DNA of 64,000 bases from contig NC_043009.1 in the NCBI RefSeq assembly GCF_006345805.1, positions 31,558,001 through 31,622,000 on the forward strand, given 5' to 3'. The translations under genes were made by a program, and so were the position numbers. This DNA comes from Octopus sinensis (Eukaryota). Below are positions 53,700 through 64,000 of the stretch, in pieces (positions within the stretch are counted from its first letter, which is position 1; the number at the start of each line of letters is the position of its first letter). The notes under the pieces are model-generated. The model made no database searches, was not told the origin of the DNA, and saw nothing but the letters and a program-made list of their open reading frames with translations.

Positions 53700-54399
53700 A
53701 CGCAGTCTTCTTGCACCTACAGAGTATCTCAACAAGCATAATAGAACAGCACAACATATTCACTGGGTAATTTGCAAAAACCTGGACTTGCCCCATGATA
53801 AAAACGAGTGGGAACACAAACCACCTCCAGTGCTTAAAAATGATCACATCTCATTCCTCTAGAGCTTTACCATTCAAACTGACAGAAAGATAGATGCAAA
53901 TAGGCCAGACATTATATTGAAAGATTTCAGACAAAAATCATGCCTCCTCATTGATATGGCTGTCCCAATCAACATAAATGTATCTGTCAAGACCTACCAA
54001 AAACTGAGCAAATATAAAGATCTTGAAATAGAAATTAGCAAAATGTGGAACCTCAAGATTAAAACAATACCTGTTGTCATAGATGCCCAAGGAATGATAG
54101 CAAAAGGGGCTGATCGCTATCTGGCTCAGATACCAAGAAACCCCAAAATGGCAGAAATTCAAACGATAGTGCACATGGGAACTGCCCATATCCTATGTAA
54201 AATACTATGTAATCTCAAATTTTAAAACAAACTCATAATTTTCTTCTGGTTTCTTAAACATTCTCTAGAACAGTACTTTGTGCAAAACCAAATATATGAC
54301 ACCCTAGGCATAACACCAACATGAACTTCTAACTTGTCTCTTGAGGTCTCTGGGTGAAACTTAGAACCAACTGGTACAAATACAAAGCAAAAGTCAAAC

Positions 54400-54441
<42 letters not shown>
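53700..54441 (+). mobile_element. R4/Dong-type non-LTR retrotransposon 3' fragment (restriction-like endonuclease) with (AAT)n tail
   Basis: LLAPTEYLNKHN...HW.ICK...(one in-frame TAG at 53860)...IQTDRKIDANRPDII...LIDMAVP...K.KYKDL...MW...IPVV...GTAHIL. Short 3' UTR, then (AAT)n. Confidence 0.85.
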
Positions 54442-54479
<38 letters not shown>

Positions 54480-54539
54480 AAATAATATATATTAATAATA
54501 TATAAGGGTTTGTGACTATGGTCCTTGCAGGTCTCCTTA

Positions 54540-54960
54540 GGCTGATGAAATCAATGGCATTAATGTTCCACCTGAACATTTGTAAATCAAAACTTGTGGG
54601 AAAAATGCGAACAGGAAGATAATTCCACAGGAACGATGTTTTAAAAGGGACAGACTGTGTGTAGTGTTTATAGTAGAGGGTCAGGGGCCTCTCATTCTAC
54701 ATAATGACAATGATAGTAGAAAGGGAGATGCGTGGGCCAGGATTGTTTGAGTGGGGTTGCATGAGTTAAGCCAGTTCTAAGGAATAAAGACTATTATTGT
54801 AGCTGTAGAAACGTCAGAGAGAAGACGTCGATGGGTCAGAAGCTGGTGCATGTCTGAGAGTGAATGCTGTTCAGTTGAGTGACCCTCTTCTGGATGAAGT
54901 CTAAGATGTCCGAAACAGTAGCAGCACTGTCCCAGCTGTGAAAGCAATATTCCACAGCAG
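54540..54960 (-). pseudogene. CR1-group LINE ORF2 3' remnant
   Basis: VEYCFHSWDSA...LDFIQKRVTQL resembles EYCS.IW...LDRIQ.RA.RL. Frameshifted downstream. Confidence 0.6.
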
Positions 54961-55778
54961 CAGCAACATCATTGCAATCGTCTTCATAGCTGTCACCATC
55001 CTCATCCTCATCACCATCATCATCATCATCATCATCATGATCATTGTCATTATTATCGTCGTCGTCGTCATCGTCACCCTCCTCTTCCTCCTCCTCCTCC
55101 TCATCATCATCATCATCATCATTATCATTGTTATCATCATTCTCAAATCACACATTATTTTTCTGCAATATGAATATGTTGATCAAAGCAATTTTGTTGC
55201 ACCTGGTACAATAAGATCATCAGATTTTTCACTGAAGCTAGTACCAAACAATTTCTACATTTGCGATTTTAATTACAAACTTTGGGTGGGTTGGTACACA
55301 GAATTCACAAATAACTGAGATTTAGATAATTCGGGAAGGGTTAATATGAAATTGCTTAAACAGTTGGGATTAATTATTTGAAACGTGTTGCTATCAAACA
55401 CGTTAAACATTGGAGGGTCAAAAATCATGGCTTAAAACTGTGACTATTGCATTTCTCAGTTTTTGCTAAAACTAACTAAAAGTGTACTTTAAATGTATGT
55501 AATTTAGAGAGTATAAAGTCTGAATACAGTGTTAATACAAAGGCAAGGTAAATTATACAATGCATAAAATAGATGTACGATGTGTTTCCATACGTCTTTT
55601 GGACATTGGTTTTAGTTTTTATGGTAAAAAAGCAAAAACAAATCATAACGAAACACATTATTATCTGTCAGCTCATAGCTCATATTCAGTTGTATTTCTG
55701 TGGTTAGTTGGTTATTTACTGCAGATAATATTGTCTTTCTCTGCAATCTTTATCATCTTTTTCTACCATATATATATA

Positions 55779-55942
55779 GGTGCAGGAGTGGCTGTGTGGT
55801 AAGTAGCTTGCTAACCAACCACATGGTTCGGGTTCAGTCCCACTGCATGGTATCTTGGGCAAGTGTCTTCTGCTATAGCCCCGGGCCGACCAATGCCTTG
55901 TGAGTGGATTTGATAGACGGAAACTGAAAGAAGCCTGTCGTA

Positions 55943-56005
<63 letters not shown>

Positions 56006-56217
56006 ATATGTTTGTGTGTCTGTGTTTGCCCCCCCACCATCGCTTGACAACCGATGCTGGTGTGTTTACGCCCCCGTCACTTAGCGGTTCGACAAAAAGA
56101 GACCAATAGAATAAGTACTGGGCTTACAAAGAATAAGTCCCGGGGTCGATTTGCTCGACTAAAGGTGGTGCTCCAGTATGGCCGCAGTCGGATGACTGAA
56201 ACAAGTAAAAGAGAGTA
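55779..56217 (+). mobile_element. Full-length tRNA-headed CORE-type SINE with internal (TA)n(TG)n
   Basis: ggagtggctgtgtggtaag (A box), gggttcagtccc (B box), atcttgggcaagtgtcttc (CORE-like), tail actgaaacaagtaaaagagagtaa. Confidence 0.85.
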
Positions 56218-56323
56218 ATATATAAATGCGTGTGTGTGCGTATGTGTGTGTGTGCATATTTGTGTGTGTATACACACATATATGTGTATATATGTCCATA
56301 TATACATCTATGTATATATGCAC

Positions 56324-56354
<31 letters not shown>

Positions 56355-56360
56355 CATATA

Positions 56361-57560
56361 AAAAATCGTTGATTAATAATATAAGTAAACGTATTTCATT
56401 ACTCTCTTATGATATAGAGATTTTTAATAAACATGCTAATTATTATAATGAGGCCCTTAGAGGGGCAGGTTATAATAGGAATATTAAATTTTATAATATT
56501 AGTGATAAAGATTTAATTGATAATTTTCGAGATACTTCTAATAATAATTATAATTTTGTTAGGTTTAGTGGTAAAAATAATAGATATTATAAAAAAATAA
56601 TAAAAATGATAAAATATAAATAAGAATAATAATAATAATAATAAATATAATAATAATAATAATATAAATAAGAATAATAAAAATAAAAATAAATTTTATA
56701 ATTATTATAATAATTATATTGATAAAATTAATAATATTAATAATTCCTTAAATGCTGTACATAGATATAATTTTGATAATAATTTTAATAAAATAAAGAA
56801 TTATAAATATATTTATAATAATGATAATAATAATAAGGTTATTAAGAATAAAATATGGTTAATAGTTCCTTATGGAGATCAAGTAAAAACGAATATTATT
56901 AAAGAGATTTTAGATGTTATAGAACTATTTATTAGAGATAATCGTAAATATAGAAACATTTTCTCTTTTAATAATTTTGGAGTTGGTTATTCTACCACTA
57001 ATAATGTTGGTAACATTATTTCTTCATTTAATAAATATAAACTGAATAATTTTTATAAAAAGAAATTATTTGATAATAATATTAATAATGATAAGACTTA
57101 TATTAATTGTACATGTAGAGATAAATCTACTTGTATATTAAATAATAATTGTGATATTAACGATGTAGGGTATAAATGTATAGTTACATTACATGATAAT
57201 AACTTTAAGAATAATAATTACCCAAAAGCGGTTTATATAGGTTCTACTTCCTCAAAAATAAAACTAAGAATCGCACAACATATGAATTCTTTTAAAAATA
57301 AAAACTTAATCAACTCAACCGGACTTAGTAAGTACATTTGGAGTCTTAAATCACAAAATATTGATTATAGTTTAATTTGGGAAATAATTTGTAAAACTAA
57401 ATCATATACTATAGGAGCTAATTGTTGTTATTTATGCTCTAATGAGTTTAAAGAAATTTTATTTTATAAGTATGATAATTTACTTAATACTGGTGAAGAG
57501 CGCAAAATAAAATGCAGACATAAGTTACTTTACCTATATAATAAGTTTCATGATAAATAG
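56361..57560 (+). pseudogene. PLE RT C-terminal extension + Asn-rich linker + GIY-YIG endonuclease (one frameshift near 56600-56620)
   Basis: ISKRISLLS...FNKHANYYNEALRGAGY; KIWLIVPY; CTCRDKSTCIL...C...VGYKC...YIGST...R...H.NSF...STGLSKYIW.LK...W...CYLC..E...LLN..E...CRH. Frame open from 56613 to 57560. Confidence 0.88.
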
Positions 57561-58974
57561 CAATAATAGTTCCCTATTAGGTTACTTTAGTTTAGTTTAA
57601 ATTAGTTTAGATAATATATTTTTTGGTTATGTAGTCTAGGCTTTAATTATAGTTAGTCTTTATTGATATTTCTTTGTTTTAATTAGTTCATTTTTAATGT
57701 ATATTAATATAACAGTTTATGGTATGTTAAAACTTTAATAATTTATATTAGATTTTTTTATTTTCTTTATTTATATATTTTTTTATTTTTATTTTATTTT
57801 ATTATGTATTTTTATTATGCATTTGTTATATGTATTTTGGAGGATATATTATATGTTGATGGGTGTTATTAGTGGTGTTTTTATTGAGTTTTGTATGTAT
57901 GTGTGAATGTTTACAATCCCTTTGTTTTTTGTTTTTTATTTGGTATGTTGAATTGACAGATTTTATTTGGGTATTGTCTGTTATAATAAAGTATACACAC
58001 CCATAACAAATATAAGTGCCCACTTCATTCGCGCGTACCTGGAATTGCATGTGAGCCTCAACATGTACACCAAACGGCCACTCCCGCCTTATACGGACAA
58101 ATAAACACATACATCCCCAAAAATGGGCGTAATCCCACTCACACCAATCATATGTATACAATTATACACACTAGAATAATACATAACTAACCCAAATATA
58201 CAGAACATATTAAAAATCACCAACAAACCACCATCACAAATGAAACCTACACCCATACAATGACAAAACTCCCCCCTCTATACCCAATTTACACCCACAG
58301 CAATCCCAATATATTCATCCATACATGGACGCACGTGCGTGAAGCACATGCACACAATAAATACGTACAACCCCCCAATACACACTCATATACATACGTA
58401 TCAAGCTCGACATCCACAGCAATACGCTTACACCCATTCACACCCAGATGGGTGAATTGCACAACCAGGGAACGCACACACACACGTGTGCGTATTTTGA
58501 TTGTGCAACTCGCCCATATGCATGTATGCGGGCGCGATTACATTGTTGCACATATCGAGCCCAACTAGCATGCATATGTACATGTGAGGGGGTACACGTA
58601 CATGCCGTGCGCGTGTACCCCCTGCATTTATACCCGTGCGTGAATATACACATGGAGACTACCACACAGGTACAAATGTGTATAGTAATGGGAGCCCCAT
58701 CACTACACTCAATGTATACTCTCACCCATCCGCACGGATTGAAAGCGAATCTCCGGTGTATATGTTGAGGCTTATATGTAGCGCTGTGGAGTTGAACGTC
58801 GTTGAAATTGTGAATGAATGGGTGGAGTTGGGAATTGTAACCGGGTGGTGGGCTAGCGTTGCTTGGAATTGGGAATGGAATAGTGTAGTAGTAAGGCAGG
58901 TATCGAGAATAGATTTGGGTTACTGCAAGTTGTTTGTTAGAGCTGCTAAGATGAGCTAAAGCTCATAATTGTAT

Positions 58975-60630
58975 ATAATAATTTATTATGGTAGTTTTAT
59001 TAAAGAATCCATTCATAATAAATTTTTTTTAAGAGTGTTGGTTTGCCACGTGGATATAGTTTTTAGTTCCATTTATCTATTTCTCCATTCATAATTTTAA
59101 ATGACGTTTACTTTCCATGGCGCGTATTCTTTTTTTACATAAGTTATATTTCTATGGTAACGTATTTTGGTTTGGTTTTTTTTAACGCTAAGAATTTAAT
59201 TTCACTTCATAATTTGAAACTGACTTGTAAGTATGTATTTTATTTCTCCTTATGTCATATTGTTATTTTTGATATTCTGGTTAATTACGATGTATTTAAT
59301 GTTGTTTTTTATTGGAGTGTTTATGTATATGAGATTGTGTGTGAGTTTTTAGTTGTATAATTTATTTATCTGTATGAGTGTGGGTGTGTAAATATTGTTG
59401 TATATATCGAGTTTAGTGAGTATGTATATGCGTATATGTGAGGGAGTATAAGTATCTGTTGTGTGTGTGTGTTTTGCGTGTGTGTGTGTTTGTGTGTGAA
59501 TGTGTATATGGGTTTGTTATTTAGGTTTTGGGATGTATGTGTTAATTGTCTGTGTGGGGAGGGAGTGGGTTTTTGGTATATATTGAGGTTTATAAGTTAG
59601 TATAGGTATGTGTATAAGTCGTGGGTCTGTGGTTTACGTGTGTGTTTTTTGTGTGTGAATGTTTAGGTTAGGGGGATTGCTATATAGGTTTGTTATAGAG
59701 TTTAGCAAAGGGAGATTTTATCGTTATATGTTTTTAAGAGTTTTGGTTTATCATGGTTTTTTTAGGGAATTCGTGGTAATTTGTCTATTTTCGTTGTTGG
59801 TTGTTTTATTACATTGTTTCATTCATAATTTTTGAGGGGTGTTCGTTTTGCCACGTGAATATTATTTTTAATTCCATTTATTCCATTTCTCCATTCATTA
59901 TTTTAAAAGATGCTCGTTTCCAGAGCGGTTATACTTTTTATACATATGTTAAGTTCCTTGGTAAAGTAATTTTGTTTGGTGTATATGTTGAGGCTTATAT
60001 GTACTTGTGGGTGTGTGTGAGTGGGGTGGGTGTTTGTATTTGTTATGGGTGTGTGGTTTACGTGTGTGTATTTGTGTGTGAATGTATAGGTTAAAGGGAT
60101 TGCTATATAAGTATGTTATAGTGTTTAGTAAAGGGAGGTTTTATCATTTATGTTTTGTGAGTTTTAGCTTATCACGGTAGTTTTATAAAAGAATCCATTC
60201 ATAATTTTTGTGTTTATTTGTCTGTGTGGGGTTGAGTGGGTTTTTGGAGTATATGTTGAGGTTTATATGTATGTATAGGTATGTGTAAGTGGTGTGGGTA
60301 TTTGTATATGTCGTGGGTGTGTGGTTTACGTGTGTGTATTTGTGTGTGAATGTTTAGGTTAGGGGGATTGTTATATAGGTATGTTATAGAGTTTAGTAAA
60401 GGGAGATTTTATCATTATATGTTTTTATGAGTTTTGGTTTATCATGGTAGGTTTGTTAAGGAATTCGTAGTAATTTGTGTCTATTTGCGATGTCTGTTGT
60501 TTTATTGCATTGTTTCATTCATAATTTTTAAGTAGTGTTAGTTTTACCAAGTGAATATAATTTTTAATTCCATTTATTCTATTTCTCCGTTCATAATTTT
60601 AAGTGATGTCCGTTTTCTAGAGCGTGAATG
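58975..60630 (+). repeat. Higher-order array of two alternating GT-rich units (~150 and ~230-260 bp)
   Basis: Unit X (cattcataatttt...ccacgtg...ccatttatt..atttctcc) at ~59000, 59815 and 60510. Unit Y (gttgaggt/cttatatgta...tttacgtgtgtg...gggattg...aaagggaga) at ~59560, 59975 and 60230. Confidence 0.85.
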
Positions 60631-61047
60631 TGGGTTGTATGTGTGTGTGTGTGGGAGTATGAATAAGTATTGTGTTGAAGTATTTAGCTATTTTATTTAT
60701 TTATAGTTGCCTAGACGTTTTTATGTGTATGTATAGGGATATATATATAGGGGTGTGATTTAGTGTATGTAGTTAGATATGGTTATATATAATTAGGTAT
60801 ATGTGTATGGGTGTATATATAGTTTATTATTATATTATTATTATTTTTTTGTTTTGTTTTATATTTTATATTTTATATTTAATTGTTGATAGGTTTATTT
60901 TAGTTTATATATTGTTTATATATTGATTATATATGGATTATATATAGGTTATATATGGATTATATATTTATATTTTTTCATTCATACTTTAATTATTTTA
61001 AAATTATTATTTTATATTTTAAAATATTGATATTTTAGATTGGAAGT

Positions 61048-61090
61048 CCACCTGAAGATTGTCGATCAAGACAAGAAACAATTGTAGTGG
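61048..61090 (+). ncRNA. Type I hammerhead ribozyme (family D)
   Basis: CCAC-CTGAAGA-TTGTC-gatcaa-GACAA-GAAA-CAATTGT-A-GTGG. All three stems pair perfectly, palindromic stem III ACAATTGT, GUA triplet; 10.1-11.1 is U-A rather than G-C. Confidence 0.85.
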
Positions 61091-61264
61091 CGGTTTTTTT
61101 GACTATTTATTAAAATTTTATGTATTGATTAAGTCTTTCCTTGTTTGTTTTGCAAAATAGTGGTTTTGTCTCTAATAATATTTTATAATATTTTACTATA
61201 AAATTGGATTTAATCCTAAATCTGATTTTTTCCCTGTAAATTTGGATTTATTCCCTAATATTTA

Positions 61265-61300
<36 letters not shown>

Positions 61301-61324
61301 TATATATATATATATATTATATAT

Positions 61325-61377
<53 letters not shown>

Positions 61378-61541
61378 CGGGGTGGTTGGCATTAGGAAGG
61401 GCATCCAGCCGTAGAAACATTGCCAGATCAGACTGGGCCTGGTGCAGCCTTCTGGCTTCCCAGACCCTAGTTGAACCGTCTAACCCATGCTAGCATGGAA
61501 AGCGGACGCTAAATGATGATGATGATGATGATGATGATGAT
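61378..61541 (+). mobile_element. (GAT)n-tailed SINE/RTE-like 3' fragment
   Basis: gtggttggcattaggaagggcatccagccgtagaaac...ggaaagcggacgctaaatgatgatgat. Confidence 0.82.
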
Positions 61542-62653
61542 ACATATTATTGAAGCTACCTGTTTTAATAATTGTATTTGCTAAGTAATTCAAGATGAAA
61601 ATTTTAGTCACAAAATCAGTTCTCTTTCTGAATATATCAGGAGCTGTAGAGTACATGATTTTGAGGATTAGGACTCATTCATCCGTGTAAACCTTTCATA
61701 AGCAAAAATTTTGTTTTAAATAATAATTAGTGTATGTTGTACAATAGGATGAAAGGCCTAACAGATCACTTACCTCGGTAGAATCTAATTAGCTCATGCT
61801 GGTAGTAAAAGGTTCATCATAATTCCTTTTTATCCAGCAAGTTTTTTCTGCCATGAAGAATAGTTGGTTGACATAGTGGAAGGTGAATGCCCTATGACAT
61901 GAAAGTCTTGAACTCTTTTAGGTTATGAAATTCAGCAGTAAAATGTATACAAAGTGTTCATTGGAATAAAAATTCCTTTATAACTGTAAACAGAAAATAA
62001 AAAATATATATTCTAATATAACAACAGTTTTCTTTGGGTATTATGATACTTTGCCTGCAAAGTTAAGGTGAACATTCTATTAAAATAATCATAAAAGCTC
62101 CAAAATGCTTAATCATTTGTGCTAATTAATTAGGCCAGAATCTTTCCATCATGTAGAGGAAGACACACAAATCTTCCAGAAGAATAGTGTAAGCAGTCTG
62201 CATCTTGTAAATGCAATTTGCACATTTTTCACTATTTATGATACCTAAAAAGACTTTAGAACACAATAGATTTTCCAACTATCCAAAAAAATATCGTAGA
62301 CAATCTTGTTAATAATATGTCATTATATTATTCTACTTCCTTTTGAATATGCTATATATATATATGTATGTATGTATGTGTGTGTATATATATATATGTA
62401 TAAGAAGAGAGAGAGGGAGAGAGAAAGAGATAGGGTGGTGTTACACAAGAGTATGTTTATAATCTAGATGGGTAATGAAGTCAATACAAAGATGCAAGTA
62501 GGTTATAATTTTTATTTTTAGCTGAAAATTCATACATTTTGTCTGCTAGGTTCACATTGTACTGATTCTCCAACAATCGCTGAATGTCAGCTTCATATAA
62601 TATAATACACACACACACATAAGACATATAAATATATTTACCTATATATATGC

Positions 62654-62701
<48 letters not shown>

Positions 62702-63825
62702 GTATATATATGAATATGTATATATATGTATGATGATGATATGTGTGTGTATATATATATATATGTGTGTGTGTGTATTCCTGCTGAATTTTTCAAAAAA
62801 ATTTGTTACAGAAAAATTGTTTTTTTTTTGTCGTATTGATTTATCTTTTAAAAATTTTATCTCTGTTATTTTCAATAATTTCCTACCAATTGTCAAACTC
62901 TAGATAATGCTCCAAGTATTTCTTTTTCTTCAAACTTTTCCTTTTATCATTTCAATCACACATTTATTTCTGGTTGTTTTTTTAACTTGCTTCTTTTTTT
63001 ATTCTTCAGCAGAATGTGTCATTGAACCAAGCTAATATTAATTTATTTACAAAACTATAGCAATCGCTTTTCTGAATTTTCTTTTAGCTAACTCTCTTTT
63101 TAATTTTGCTCACTTTATACTCCGTATTCTTCTAATAATACTAGGTCTATTAAGAATTTGTTGATTCCCTACAAAAAGTTTATTTTCCAATTATAAGCAG
63201 ACGATCAACTCATGACCAGTTTTCTAAATTCAACATCTGCTATTTTGTTAAGAAATCAACATTTCTTGAGATTCTTTTGATCTTCGATGTTCTTAATTAA
63301 AATTATATCGGTAAATGATTGACTCAACTTCCGTGACTGCAAACATCTCTTTGACACAACTGTAAAATTAAAACAAACTTTCGCCTGTTTTTACAGAACA
63401 TTCTTCATCACACTTGACTGATGTTTCTTCTCTTGCTAATTGACAGGTTTTGGCTTTGGCATAAGCTATTCCTTTTATTAATCCTTTAAAGTTTTAGTTG
63501 TGAAGGGCTGGTCACACCCAAAAGTTTTCTTTACCATTGTGAGAATTACTCAGGGTTTACAAGCATATCTGAACATTGCACAAAACAGCTACCATTCTTG
63601 CAACAATTTATGAAAGAGACACTGTGGACTGCTAATGCCAATATCATTTTGTACCTGTCCTAATTATGACTTCATTTTAGGAACTAAACGTTAGACAGAG
63701 TGGTGTTTGAACACAAATCAAGACATTATCGTCAATGTGTCAATATATTATTTCTGACATTAACCCTTTTGACACCAACCCAGTTGAAACCACCATATAT
63801 ATATGGCACTCTGCTGGTTATGACA

Positions 63826-64000
63826 ATGAAGGTTCCAGTTGATCCAATCAACGGAACAGCCTGCTCATGAAATTAATGTGCAAGTGGTGGAGCATTTCAC
63901 AGACACATGTATCCTTAATGTAGTTCTCAGGGGAGCTTCAGCATGACACAATGTGTGACAAGGCTGGCCCCTTTGAAATACAGGTATAACAGAATCAGGA
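63826..64000 (-). mobile_element. 3' part of a CORE-type SINE (family of 21379-21697), running off the window end
   Basis: ggcactctgctggttatgacaatgaaggttccagttgatccaatcaacggaacagcctgctcatgaaatt aligns with 21380-21570. Confidence 0.72.

Larger units (their letters stand above)
56361..61268 (+). mobile_element. 4.9-kb 5'-truncated Penelope-like element (probably Nematis-type) inserted in (TA)n
   Basis: RT-thumb/GIY-YIG coding remnant, a long GT-rich 3' region and a terminal HHR, with (TA)n on both flanks. Treating it as one element is an inference. Confidence 0.7.

Overview
AT-rich, microsatellite-saturated animal genomic DNA; the SINE families and composition point to an octopus (inference). 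No host protein-coding exon could be identified with confidence, and most ORF-track entries are translations of microsatellites. The window is a mosaic of tRNA-headed/CORE-type SINEs, two mariner families (one full length, decayed), a DD37D (maT-type) transposon remnant, a hAT dimerization-domain remnant, R4/Dong-, CR1- and other LINE 3' remnants, and at least three Penelope-like element (PLE) relics. The main signal is hammerhead ribozymes (HHRs) from four unrelated sequence families, plus fossil motifs. (A) A ~300-340 bp unit made of a tRNA-like Pol III head, (AAT)n and a minimal HHR. It occurs at 4 loci, once directly downstream of a Poseidon-type GIY-YIG ORF inside a single TSD-flanked insertion, and once solo with a perfect 39-bp TSD. 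(B) An apparently intact HHR with a long stem II at 27111-27196. (C) Two tandem ~100-nt hairpin-capped HHRs 424 nt apart at 48.6 and 49.0 kb. (D) An HHR ending a 4.9-kb PLE that has an Asn-rich linker and a 3.5-kb GT-rich 3' region; an inverted arm in that region shows an A-to-G-like substitution bias. All structures were folded by eye and none has been tested computationally or experimentally.
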